This document shows, one piece after another, positions 23,557 through 37,100 of a stretch of 64,000 bases of DNA. A program made the position numbers and the translations under genes. How positions within the stretch are numbered: the stretch's first letter is position 1; every line of letters begins with the position of its first letter. Below the pieces are notes generated by a model that did no database searches, was not told where the DNA came from, and saw nothing but the letters and a program-made list of their open reading frames with translations. Source of the DNA: Phoronis australis (Eukaryota; Animalia; Phoronida); assembly GCA_002633005.1 (NCBI GenBank), contig NMRA01000048.1, positions 686,303-750,302 on the forward strand, written 5' to 3'.

Positions 23557-25601
23557 CATTACTAGCTTTTAAAGTTACTGTCTCATTAAAACCGTGAATA
23601 TTTAAATTTGTAGCGAGCGCCATCTTGTGGCTTTGTAGAGAACTGTGTGTACATAACAAGTATAATCAGGAAAAGATTGAAACACTTTGTAAATAAAATG
23701 CGGTTTTAAAGAAACCACCACAACTGATACTCTTAAAAACAAATGTATAGAAAACCCTCACTAGTATTACCAAATATTACGCAATTGTTATTTGACAGTG
23801 AAATGAACAAATATTAAAAACTGTGCCTTTTTATTAGGGTAACGATGGCATACTCATTTACATAAAAATAATCTCGCAAAACAAGACGTTCGCGAGATTG
23901 TAATGGTAACTGTATAGACATTTTATCGTCCATGGGTAACTTGGTTCCCGGCACACCGGAAGACCTGGGGTTGTTTGTAAACTATCTCATTTGCATATTC
24001 ACAATTTAATGAGACACAGCACTTGATGTTTAACTTCTTCCTCGGTCAAAATAAATCACATATGTTTATCTATTTCCTGTCTCCCATTCACCTGAGAAAC
24101 TGAGCTTGGGACGCCATGTAGCTATTCGCCAAATTCTGAGTATGAAAAATCTATTTTTAATCAAGTGGAAATACGTTGCCGCTTCAAGCGAATTCCTGGG
24201 CACATTAATTATGGAGGTGTCACGTGTTCAAGGAGTTAAAGCTTTGGATCGGGCATAATCCGATTTTAGTAATTGTCAAGCACGAGATCTTGTGTGTATA
24301 CACCTTACGACCCAACGGGCGAAAAGAATGACACGCATCAACATCTTATACGTCAAATTAAACACGCGTTGTTCATGATACAATTTCTCGTGAAGCGAAT
24401 ATTAAAGCTGAAAATTGTGTACAGTACTCAATAACACCTTTCATCTACTGTTGCATAAATAATCCGTGGAAAGAAAATAATTGAATATTTGATAATACGC
24501 AGAAAGGTTTTCGAAAATTTTGTACATGGCGATAGTTATTAGTGATCATGTTTAAATAATTCAAGTTTTGTGATTCATACTTTTATTTCACGTTTTATAT
24601 AGCAAGTGGTTGGTGTTGAGAAAATTGTTCGTGCAACTGAATCGCGTGGTTTTGATTTTTTTTAAGTCGCCATAAGTTCTGCAGTATATAACCGATGGCA
24701 AAACAGACCCATTATTATCAACTGGTTTTGAAACGATTTTCTATTATTGACAATGGCGCGGCTCATTTGATTTCAATAATGGAACCAAATAACTGTTGAA
24801 TGGGTTTTTGTTTATTGACAACACGACTCGGTATATGGGTTTTGTTAAACTGCATTGAACATTCTTCTTTATGTATTTGATTACACGACTCAGAATCCGT
24901 AATCAGAACTTAGTAACAGTAAGTAACTCTTATGTTTAGATCGTGCACAGCGCAAGTTTCACAACACGGTTCGGGAGTCGTAGCTCGGCCGGTGACACGA
25001 CTGTTATCCTCCGACACAGAATTTCTAGGCCTCTTTTCTTTGAGATCTCTGTGATAAAGACTTAAATAGTCCGGCGAAGCATGGTAACAGGAAATTCATT
25101 GTTCAAATGCAACGGGATTTCTGAGAGGTGAGAGTCATCCGAAAATTTCGAGATTTTCCACTGAAAAACGGAACGCTTTGAATTACCAAGTTATTACCAA
25201 AAATTGGTTTTACGTAGGATTGACCAACATTGCTGAATGTCAGGACCGGAGGATGGATTTAATGCTGGCTTAAATGGAAATAGATTGACTGCAGTATGCG
25301 TATGTGTTAACGTGGTTACACGAGGGCCAACGGCAGCAAAGACTGGAAGCTAATGATTCTTTCTGTGTCTTGGTTGCGTCACTGAGGCATTAAATGCGAG
25401 GAGTTGTCCTAAGGCAGGAAATATGAAACGTTTGGGTGTTAGCATCGTAAAGTGTGCTTCGTTTAGTGTTAGGACCAGTGTCTCAAACATAACGTTTTAA
25501 AACTTACAGCAAAATGAACTCTTTTGTCAGCCCAGTTTCACTCAAGAGTGGGAGTTAAAGGAAACAAAACTAGTTGTTATGTACGATTGTGGACAGCCAA
25601 A

Positions 25602-26268
25602 ATGGAAAGTTACACAAAAAGTTTGGCGAGAAGACGTGCTCTGCAACAAAAGTGTGAACGCATTGACAGTGAGCTGAAACACATACTCGTGAAATGGGAT
25701 CAGAAAAAGGAAACCTACGAAAAAGACCTGTTTAATATCAAAGCCAGGACTATGCGATTCAAACACACCCTGGAGATGTTTGGAAAAGATTCGTTGGTCG
25801 GTCAAAGCACGACTAGTCTCTCGCATAGTGGTGCCTGAATCAGTTCCTTACGATATCTGTACGCCCGGGGACCCGGAGGCTGAAGAACGAAGGAAACAGC
25901 AAAAATACAAACCCAAACCTGGCGGTCGATACGTTCCTGATTCGCAGCGGGAAGTCATAGAAGCTAAACAGCATGAGCTGAACATGGAAATGATGAGTAC
26001 CGGGAATAAAATGCGAATCAGGAAAGCACACGCGATTGCGCAGACTTTAGAAACGATAGATGTTTATAAGAAGGACAAATTGAAGAGAAATTACGAGAAT
26101 GGGAGAAGTCAGTCAGGTAATTCAAAAAAAATGAGAAAACGTGGAAAAGAGACAAGATTGCCTCCTCTTCCACAACAAGCGCGAAGGACCGTGAAAAAGG
26201 TGACAGATATTGTTCCAGCTCCCACAGGGGAAATGTGCAAAAGTCAAATCTTGCCTGCTGTAAGATAA
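25602..26268 (+). CDS. Uncharacterised ~221-aa basic, helical protein; reading frame broken by one extra T at ~25779 (assembly error or young pseudogene)
   Basis: AAAATGG start at 25602 (MESYTKSLARRRALQQKCERID...HTLEM) joins the 25780-26268 frame (LEKIRWSVKARL...LPPLP...LPAVR*) if one T of ATGTTTGGAA is removed. Plausible 5' UTR intron 25128-25509; AATAAA at 26388. Confidence 0.65.
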
Positions 26269-27462
26269 CGAACTTTTGGTGTTTTTATTGATGTTTTGTG
26301 CCAAACTACGTGTTGTTAAGTTATTGTCTTTCAATGGAAGATAGAACCAGTATTGAATGGGATATTAGTCCTTTGACAGATACTCAAAATAAAGTCACTG
26401 TGTGCTACTGAGGTTGCCTGTTTTTACAAAATGATCGGTGGTCATGAAATCTTCGGATTTGAAGGTGCTGTCCTAAAAATGGAAACAGGTGCGTTCTTGA
26501 GTGTTAGAATGGGCGAAATTAAGAAACCCAAATGTGGATAATACATTGAAAGGAATGCATCTGAAGGATTGCAAGACTGTTTGAGATCTTTCTTAGAATA
26601 AACTGTGAAACTAGAGTGAAATATAAGCGCAACTAAGTTGTCGTTAAGCTGTTGATCGGGATAACTTGTCTGTAATAATTTTATTCAGCATTCAGTGACA
26701 AATCTTAGCATATTTTGTTAATAAAATTACATATTCTTCACCCTAAACATGCTTATTTGACCTATATTGTGATTTGTCGAAATACGCACTTGTAAGCGTG
26801 CTTTTAATGACAGTTTACTAAGGCGCAATGTTTAGTGTATAAGGAAATTCGAAGATTTTAGACTCGTTTGTGTTCATTTCAAGTTTATAAATTGTCAAAT
26901 TCTGCGCAAAAATGAGGATTCAACAAAATAAATAGAACCCAAGCTCCCTGAGCAAGCGTTCTTCAGTGTAAATATTCCACGACAGTTAGTCGTGAATAAA
27001 TCCATTGTATTAGGTAAGAACTTGGTGGTTCATTAACTTGATTATCGGTATAATGGCCATTAATTTTTAATGTCAATTATATGCAGTTCAGATCTGGATC
27101 GAACATCGACTTACTTATTGAACGCTTGCCGTGGAGTCGAATAGATCTGATTTACGTGGAGGAATGCTGGATACCTGAGGGCTGAATACTTCGTTTTCAC
27201 ATCCTCGGCTTACACGTCAGTGTTATTATTATGTTGGCCGGGCGTGCACGTATAGCTGTTGACGATTATGTACAAGTCAGTTTGACACGCTTTGTTTTGC
27301 ACGGAGGTCATGAGCTATTATTTTGGCGTGTTTTAAGCAATTTGTCTTACTTTGAAGTTGCAGGTTTTTAAGATATCAAAAATACACACCGCGAGTCTCA
27401 CTTTGAATTTGAGTTTTGATTTTGGGTGTGAGAAAAGTAGTTTTTCACAAGCATTGGTAAAA

Positions 27463-27653
27463 AAATGTTTGTGGATACGGTGAGCTTGGGGAAGATTCCT
27501 TTATCAAAACTCGGAGACAGTGTATACGAGGGGCTTGCTTGAAAATTAATTCATAAAATGTTTGGGGATACGGTGAGCTTGGGGAAGATTCCTTTATCAA
27601 AACTCGGAGACAGTGTATACCAGGGGCTTACTTGAAAATTAATTCATAAAATG
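27463..27653. repeat. Tandem duplication, ~93 bp x2
   Basis: GGATACGGTGAGCTTGGGGAAGATTCC... at 27473 and 27566. Confidence 0.9.
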
Positions 27654-28563
27654 TCAGCATTGGTAAATGGTGGGAACGCAAAAACGGTTTTTTGGAAGCC
27701 TGCATGTGATACTTTAAGGTACCCGTTGACCTTTTTGTGGCACTAGGAGATTTATGGATCCCTGCAATGAATTGTAGACAGAATGAAATCAACCAATGAA
27801 ACCAGAGAACGTATACATTTCCAGGTAACCCATGGCGAGGAATATGTATATTCCACAATTATCTAAACGTAAAGAAGGTGCGTTTGGCTGATCACGTCCA
27901 CTCTTATAGACACCTCAGTTGCTGTACCAATAGCTACAGTGCCTTGTGGCACAAGGGAATATTTTTGACTTCGTGAAATTTCTTTGTTACAGTGAACGTG
28001 ATTAGACGTGATGCGCCATAAACAGAAGTGAAATTGCATTCTCGTCGTCTTAGGCCAATATTGTACGGTCCCACGTGAGCATTCGGGTCACGATGCTACT
28101 CGAGTCTCTAAGGTTTTTGGCACCATTGTCTGTATCATTCCTCACCATTTCAAATGTTTCTGTAGTTTTTGTATAAAGAGAAACCCGCTAAGATAAATTC
28201 TGATTTATTGCTTACACTAATGATACAAGTATCTGAATGGTGTTTTACAACTGAATTAGTTTCAATGAAACACACATAAGACATTCCCTGTGAGGCTCGA
28301 ATGCTTACGAACATCGTAAGAACCACGGCGCGAGATCGGATCTAAGGTTGTGTGGCAGGAGACCATTTGGGAACCCCCAAATTCTTTCGGTGTCCTCTAA
28401 ATATGTTTCGAATTAATCGTGGAGACCCCTTACAGCGTTAGTACTTGGAATGATTCCCGAAGGGAGATTCATGCGAACACCTCTCAGCGTTTGTAGGCGT
28501 TCCTAAGGTGCTCGTAAGGTGGTATAGTGTAACAAGTGTATGCGTGACGTTGTTATGGCTGTA

Positions 28564-29212
28564 TAGACCTTATTCTAGCAGTCGCCATTTTAAATGTGAG
28601 CCTCTTTTTACGTTAAAGAAACAATGCATTTGAGACATAAATATTAACGAGGCATCACGCTCTGCACTATGATTAAGCGAATGAATTGTTTTTAAAGAGG
28701 CATGGAAAGCAAAAGCTCGTCAAAAATATCTTTCAAACAATTCTGACGAAAGTACTATCTCGCAGTGTCTAATACAGAGTAATTCACTTTCCTCTGTGAG
28801 GGAATTTTTTAGAATAATCACAAAATTCACGATTTTTGAAATACGCGCGAAGGAAAAACTTTTTGGTTACCCACTTAAGATAAATGCACGCATGCACTCA
28901 CAATCAATTGCTTGAAGTCGCATGAGATCAAAGGTCACATTTTCCATTTAATGGAAATGTGCTACGTCTATGTCTTGTCATGCCAAATAAGGAGACGTGC
29001 TTTGCTTTGTGAAAGAAAAATCGACGAAGTGGCGAGCGGTTGACAGATTGTTTTTTTTTTTAAATTTGAAACTAAAAGAAACTGCAGTGATATCAACAGA
29101 AATTAAAAATCTTTACAAACAAACCCTAAAGTACCTAGTGAGCAGGTTGAATTTTGTTTCAGAGGCAGAGAACCACTTTCAACTTTTATGGCGACTGCGG
29201 GAATAAGGTGTA
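28564..29212. mobile_element. MITE with ~25-bp TIRs, flanked by TA
   Basis: TAGACCTTATTCTAGCAGTCGCCAT ... ATGGCGACTGCGGGAATAAGGTGTA. Confidence 0.75.
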
Positions 29213-29425
29213 CATCCCATCACTGCCAGATTACAAGCGTGTAATCTACATCCGACAATTACTCCCTGTCTAGGGTGGACTTTAAAAGTGGATTCCGTAC
29301 ATATTAAGATTTCTTGGTTTTAGAGGATAGACATGGAACCCAAATAGACGCGTAAGCCAAAACCAAAAGCTCACGCACTAAATCTTGACTATTTATGTCA
29401 TTGGCATGTAACAAGGTTAAACCTG

Positions 29426-29670
29426 GGGCCGTTCCAAGAAAACTGACTTAGCTAAAAAAAATCTTAAATTTCAGTCAATTTCAAGATGAAACTTAAATTT
29501 GTCTCAAGTACGTTTCAAGAAAGAGATCTTAAGTTTGTATTAAGTTTTTGACTTATTAGTTTTGTCCTAATTTGACTAACGTGGCGGATGTGGAAGTTTC
29601 AAAGTTTGAAGTTGAAACAAATCTTAGACTTAAGTAAAAAAATGAACTTTCAGTTTCTTGGAAATGGCCC
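29426..29670. mobile_element. PIF/Harbinger-type MITE, 245 bp, TSD CTG
   Basis: GGGCCGTTCCAAGAAAACTGA ... TCAGTTTCTTGGAAATGGCCC, flanked by CTG on both sides. Confidence 0.75.
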
Positions 29671-31103
29671 CTGAGTGGTAGCTCTTACTGCAGGTGCAGT
29701 GTTAGTTTTCTCGGCGTCAAATACATCAACTTAAGTATTTTCACAAATTTCCAACAGCTACAAACGTTTTGAGAAAATGTCCCTGTCATTTATAAAACGC
29801 GATAAATTTAAAAGTTGTGAAATCTTTTTACTAAGGACTTGAGAATACCGTGACTTGCGCATAGGGATGTAATATTACGGACTTAAGAAATATAAATTTG
29901 CAAGATGACCTATAAGTATATCGTGAGAATAACCCAAGGTATCCTTACAAACAAAGTAACGATTCTAGCGCCATCGTGTGACCGGAAAACAATAATACTG
30001 AACTCGTTAGATCGTAAAGCTTGAGCTGGGAGATTAAATTTATGCGAGCCTATATTTCGTAAGAAGCACTGTGGCAGCAGCTGGGGTTCCAACAATTAAT
30101 CGTACAATCTTATCATAAGACTGAATTCATACTTAATTTATTCTGTCTTCGGGATTTTTTAATCACAAATTGGTTCTCGCTGGCTGTAATCCGACCATGC
30201 CTCCATATAAATTAAAACAATTTAGCCTAAGGTTTACACTTAAAAGGCACCAATTTTCTACGAGTTCGTTCAAAATGTGCAACACCTGAAAACAGCAATT
30301 GAAAAAAGTTCAAAATCTTATCGTATAAAAACTGGAGCATGAAATTCAAGTGTCAACACTTTTACCTCATGGCAATATGTTGAAACGACTTAATTTTATA
30401 GCATGATCCCTTTCATTGCAGCAATCACTCTCGGCTGAGCACGTCTATTTATAACTCTTTATTTCAAAGTAACAAAACAATTTCCAGAAACCTAGTCTAC
30501 AGTTTCGAGAATACTAACCTATCGTGATGATCTCTAGTAGTAGAAAGGCATATCACCCTTTCAAAAATTGTAAACTTTCCACTCCACATTGGAAGATAAG
30601 CATACCTCTAGATCGAGGGCGCTCAAAAGTCGAAAATACAATCGCATTTTCACGTGACACGAACTCACAAAAAATTAAACTTATGGTGAAACACACAAAA
30701 AAAAATGAAATGAGTGATAAATCACAACGCACCATGATACTGCAATATCGTTTTTAAAATGTATTAATTCCTTCAAAATGCAATAAATAAGTAAAATTTA
30801 TAAAAATAAAACCTTTCAAAATTGTAACAACAGAGTATGAAGAGAAGCCCCTAGAAAGCTTCTTGTAATTTTGGTCCCAAATGCTTATATTTAGGACAAA
30901 ACAGCACACTGCCAAACGCCGATGTAAAAGGACTCATTCAGTTGTCCCCCTGAGCTTAGAATCCGGCCGTACGTATTTGACTGGAGCATCCAGACATACA
31001 ATTGAATAACGGAGCTCTATGTTGCCAATCAATACAGGTACGTAGGCCACCGAACCCAGCAGACTCTGCTACACTGGACTGCAAAAGTGCGAGTAGCGAC
31101 ACA

Positions 31104-34100
31104 TCACGGCGATGTATGAATATTTCTTTTCGTCGTGCTCGCAGTTTCTGTTGAAATTCTCGAACTCGTACGACTTTTAATGGCCGGTAATTTTGGCACT
31201 TGTTTTTTCTTCACATCTGATTTTACGAAAGACCTGTTGCTTGTTTCGTCCTTGTACCACGACAAATCCATATTTTCCAGCTGTTTGCCGTTGTTAAGGC
31301 TCGTGTATCCCCGATCGAGCATGCGTGGTGTAATAGGAAGATTGTCCGGCAATGAAACATCTTGAATAACCTGGGAGAAGAAATTGAAGGCAACAGAATA
31401 TTTCGCTAATACTTTTCTTTAATTTTTATCTACGTAAATCAAAGTTAGAATAGATGTCGACTACTCAAAAAGTATTTGGTAGACATCCGAACTACTGGTA
31501 ACGTAACTTGAAAAAATCTACGGAAAATCAGTTTTTTGTTCCTGAACTAAAGTATATCGATTTTCAGTAAGAGGGACCCCAAGGTACTTACCGGAGTGTA
31601 GAGGGCGTGGAAAGGTGAGCACAATTTGCCAAACATGGAAGTCTTATGGCTGTCAATTTCCCCAAAGTGACCACGCCTTTCTTGACGGTCGAGCTTCTTT
31701 CGCGCAAATTCTCTTTCTGCCTTTATTCCAATTATTGACTGAAATATAACAAAACCAATAGTCAGAATTCAAAAGTTTTTCAATAACCTTTCGTGTACTA
31801 AATATTTTATACTGTTAGTGAGAGGTAGTTCTATTCAAATCTTCAATTTTTTCAATAAAGACGTTGTTTTCATAGTGCGCGCTTACGTCATTAACAGTAT
31901 TCATTTGATGAAATTATTGCCATTGAGATTTTGGTTCATAACATATGAAAGAAAAAAAATCTGCACATCTGCAATATTTTTTGTTCGCTCACTTAACGAG
32001 CAAGAAAACCAGCAATAATGCCCACTAAATATCTGGCTTGTCAGAACATTTTAAAGTCCATACAGCAAGTCAGTTAATATTAGTGCTATGAAGATACAAT
32101 AATTTTGTGGCCCGTTTTTTATTTTGATTGGTGTAACTGTTATTACAATCACATGTCTGTGGTTTCTATCCCGAACTACAGAGCCTTGCATTTACCTTGA
32201 AGTTTTAAGACAGTATTTTAAGCTCGCTCACATGTAAGGTAAGTTAAAATCATCATTTTTATGAATCCTTCACCAATAATAGTTTGCATACCATAATAAT
32301 GTTTTTATAAATCAACCTGGTATACAGTGGTGCTTACCTTGGTATCGCTGTTGGTGGAGCCAAAGTGAAACGTATTCGCCCTGTTATGGAAGTTAGACAT
32401 GAACTCCGGCGACGTCGCTCGGTTACGTCTGGTATCAACCGTGACAGATTTGGTTTTTCTTACCTACAGAAAATTGGAAATACTGAAAGATATAGATTTA
32501 CATTTTTCCATGACAAAATTTATCTCCAGCATCCTAGCTAATGTAAGTTGGGGGTATAATAAATCAAGAATAACAGAAAATACTCAGAAAAGGAAATCAA
32601 GCAGCGGAGGGATAAAAAGTTCTGTGTACGCGTGGAAAAACTCATTGTGTTACATATTTTGCGTAATCGTAAATAACTTTACAAGCTTTAAAAATTTTGT
32701 TTGGTATGGTATTAATTTTGGTACTAAACTTAAATGAAATGTCAGATATGATTGTGCTATTATAAGTCAGCGTGTTGATATGGTATAATTATTAGTCTCC
32801 TTACACGCTATATGTATCAAATGCTTTCGAAAGACCCATCAATAAAGCTTTTGGTGGGAAGATCATAAGAAGGTATTATGAAGGTACTTCCATGGCCATT
32901 ATCACTTTGAGTACTGCTACAACAAGTATTTTGCGCTGCAACATGCTTCCTACATCATCCAGTCCTTCAAATTCTCTTACATAACTTGGTTTTGGCAGAT
33001 AGCCTAGCCTTCAGCCTTCGAGTCATTCTTGAAAAGCCTGTGTTGGAGAAGCCGTAATTCCAGACAATTGGACTGCGAGTAAACGTATTGAAAAATTGAC
33101 TTCCTATGCTCCATCATGAGGCAGTATATACTGCGAAAAGGAGTTCGGTCCAACGGCTGCTGAAACAAGCATGGAAGAGTGGAAAACGATGCATAAAAAT
33201 AAGGATCACATTCCAACATACCTTTGAGAGAAAATCATTTTGCTTGGTGTTCAGTATTCCTTTATGCAGACTAACTGGCGCGAACACGTCCTCGTCGTCT
33301 GCAACTAACGTCTCCCCCCTTTCCATTGTCGGGATATCTATCGGATCTTCTTTCACTGTAACTCTGTCCTTTACTACATTATCACTGCCACTTTTATTGT
33401 TGTTGCTGGAGTCATTTTGCATGTTGTTCAAAAGATTAATGTCTGGTTTTATTTGTCTATCAGCTGCAGAAGAGGCCTGGCTGCTCTTTCCAGACGAACG
33501 AGCTGAAGCACGCGATAAGCTTTGTGCACGGTCTTCATTTCCTGTATTTGCTTCCTCATGGTCGTTATCGCTATTTTCAGCCTCTTCAGCTTCGGCAGCT
33601 TCGTGTTCTTCGTCTCTGGCTCGGGACTCTGTAAAGAATTTGAAATAACTTGATGTAAAGACAACACCCGCTCATTGTCTGCCCTCCATTGCCATCATTC
33701 ACACTCATGGTTTTGGAATCTAAAATACATTTTTGGTAAAATATTTAAGAAATTGATTGCCATCTCTTTACATAAAACTATAAAACTAAGTACGTTAGTG
33801 ATAAATGGTTAAAATTCAATGTTTCTCAATCACGTTATCATTGTACATTATCAGCAACTTCCCACCATTTCAGTTGTCACGTCAAATCGACATTCCCATA
33901 AGAGTATGATCTGCAGGCCTCTTCCAGCACGTTTTGAAATTTGTAAGATGTGTTTAAGTTAAATTTAGAGCACTCTAGAAACGTTTATATTTTTCTTAAT
34001 TAAATTCCTTGCTTTCAGCCGTATTTCTTTGAGTGTCATAAAACCTTTTAAACAACTTAGACCTGTTGACAATCTGCCAGAATTCATGACGGTATTTTAT

Positions 34101-37100
34101 ACAACCCCCATCTCGTTTAGTACCGGAACAAAAAGACTACGAAGCAAAATACGTCTCGCTTCATAGGCATATTTGGATCTTTCTTAGGACGCGACCACAA
34201 AAATAAACGCCACCCACACGTTGCTCTAAGGAGTTAAGCAAACATTTTCCTTCGAAAATCGTGATTGGGTCCTCCTTGGAGGACCTGAGATCCGCCACTG
34301 CACTTACCCATCAAGCGCTTCACGTCTTCGTCAGTACTCCATGGATTCAGGGGATGGGCCCATGTTTCAGGAATCATCAAATTCCAAGACATCGGCTGAA
34401 AACAAAGTCGAATATCAATTACAAACAGTGAAGTTATAAATTTCAAATGAGTGGTCGCTTAACTTCTTTGCAATTGAAGAAAAATCAATGTTAAGTTTCA
34501 AAATGAGAAGCACTGTTAACTACACTTCTGAATGGCAATGACATCCAACGTTACGATGTTGGAGCCTTGTAGTGAAACCAGACATTGCCTTAAACTGCAT
34601 ACTGCATACATAATAGTCTGCATTTTTACAATTTAATTACACAAACTACCACTTGGCTGTGCAAATGAACACTTTTGCACATGACGAAGCAAACAAATTC
34701 CGCTAATTTTCCCATATTTGAGTGTTATTTTTGTCGTCTTCTTTCTACCTGAGTAGTCAGTTCTTGCCACATCTTCGACGAAATCAGAACTTTGATGAAA
34801 TTCGAAAAACTTTTATTTTAACAAATGCTACACTAAGAATAAAAAGAAGAGGATGAAGAGTAAGAAGAATGAGAAGACGACCTTAGCTACAGAAGATAAA
34901 GATATTGTAGCATACATTCTTCAGCACACTTAACAATCGTATATTACCTGTCCGAAAGTACCAATGTATTTGCCGTCCACTGTCCACATGCGTGCCGTGT
35001 GGTCTGTAGAGGCGCTCAGTATGAACCGGCCAAAACGGTGGTCAATGAATTCCACGCTTACCACAGTGGAGTCGTGAGCCCGCCAAGTGTATATCAATGG
35101 TGGCCTGTCTCGCACCCTCTTTAAAAACAAGAACAATGTTCCAAAGAGGTTCTCAAAACTTCTCTACTGTTCGACAAAGAAGAATCGTCTGCTTCGTATT
35201 ATTTGAAATGTTTCGGTTACAAAATCCATACAAGTGCAAAAAATGAAATCTTAAGAGAGACATCAAAATTTTTCATAAAAACAGAAAGTTCAAAGTGGAA
35301 AGTATATAATCACTAAACTCTGTTGAGAGGTTTGGACTGTATAAACTATGATCAAAAACGTCTTGCTCACCTGTGTGGGTACCGTAAAACTAACAACTGT
35401 GCGAATTTTATAATTCAATCAGTACAAAGTTATGAAAGTGTGCGACCTTATGTGGACATGTGACATAAGCACAAAGAATCCTGGGGCGGATCCAGGATTT
35501 TGAGTTGGGGGGCAGGGCACAGGAATAACCAGAATTTCGCCACATGCGCGCGCCCAGCCTAAAATAAATGTAGGGATGCAAAAAAGGGAAAACGGGATTT
35601 GTTCAAGACCTATGCATTGTGTACATTGTGCATTCGCCTCCCCGAGCTCCCTGGCTGTTGCATAAACCTAGTATCATTTACCAGAACCACTGAATCATCA
35701 GATCGAACAATCGAATCATAAGCACGAACTGCGACATCGCACGCACGAATAAATTAAAATCCTATATACGAACGATGCAATTAATCGTCCGAACAAAAAT
35801 CTTAGTATCGATTATCGCATCGCTCGTACAAATCGCATAAAAGAACATAATTCTCGTTGTGGTTTATATGATTAATTTTGGTTCACAAGCATGATGTTGT
35901 GGTTTGTACTGCGTATGATTTGATGATACGAGCGGCTAATCAGTGCTTCTAGCGCATGACTCGAAGTTTGGGCGTGTGTGTCTGTCTGGTACCTGAGATA
36001 TAAGATAAAATTCACAAAATTTCCATGCTTGTTTTAAATTCATGTTGGTTCGACCAACAGCTCAGTAAATTTTTAAATGATGCACAAAAGACCTGGAATA
36101 CAAGAAGTCCTTATGGCGCTTCATAGGAAAGTTAGTGAAATTTGATGTATAAGTGCTAGAAATGGGCCACTGACCATATGTATGCATTTGCTGTTAAATT
36201 TAGAATTTTTAAAAAGTCGCTTACAGCATTTGGCAGTTCTTACATGTAATTCAACCTTCAGACAATACTGCGAAATGTTCCAAACGAATATCATCCCTTG
36301 AGTATCACCCGTGATGAGGAAGTAATTACTGGGATCTGTATGGACAGCAAGTACTGATTCCTCTTGTATTTCAGATGCGTAGAAGAATCCCAGTTCGTGT
36401 TTCTGTCCAAATATGCTCCACCAGCGCAGTATGCCTGCTTCGCTAGAAATCAACATGGCGCTCTCCATGAGTTTTGCGTCCGCACGTGCTTGGAGGAACA
36501 GCAGTCTGTCGACGGGAGGATGTTGCCTAGAAACCAAACATGTAATTTTCATAATAGGGAGATCAAAGTGAAACCACTGTTATCATCAAATATAGGCAAT
36601 TTGGAGTAACCTTTTCCCGAACAGATTTATTCTTTTCACGTTGTACGAGTGGCCAGCTAGTTCTTGAAATGTCAGGCGCTTTTAAGACAAGTTAGACCAA
36701 CAAAGAACTATACATTGGGCATTTACCGAACTTTGTGCATTTTGTCAAATTTTATATTGTTGGCTTTGTATCTCGATCATTCTGCAAAAAAATTGTTCGC
36801 ATTACAACAATAAAGAAGAAGGTAATTTTGTCTATTGACTAGCATTGTAGCAATCATCTGAGTATGTAGTGGCAGAATAAGTGCCTGTGCAGGATTGTGG
36901 GTTAAAGGCGAAGGCATGTCATTTTTAGCAAAAATAAGGTTCGTTGATTAGCCCAGACATATTTTTCATTTATTTACTACTTTTCGTAATTTAATCAATT
37001 ACTCGTCGTCTACCCCGGAAGTGACGTTTTAGGAGGCACGAACTTATCACAACCGAGGTAGAACAATGATTGACTCAACAGCTCTCACGGTCAGACTATA

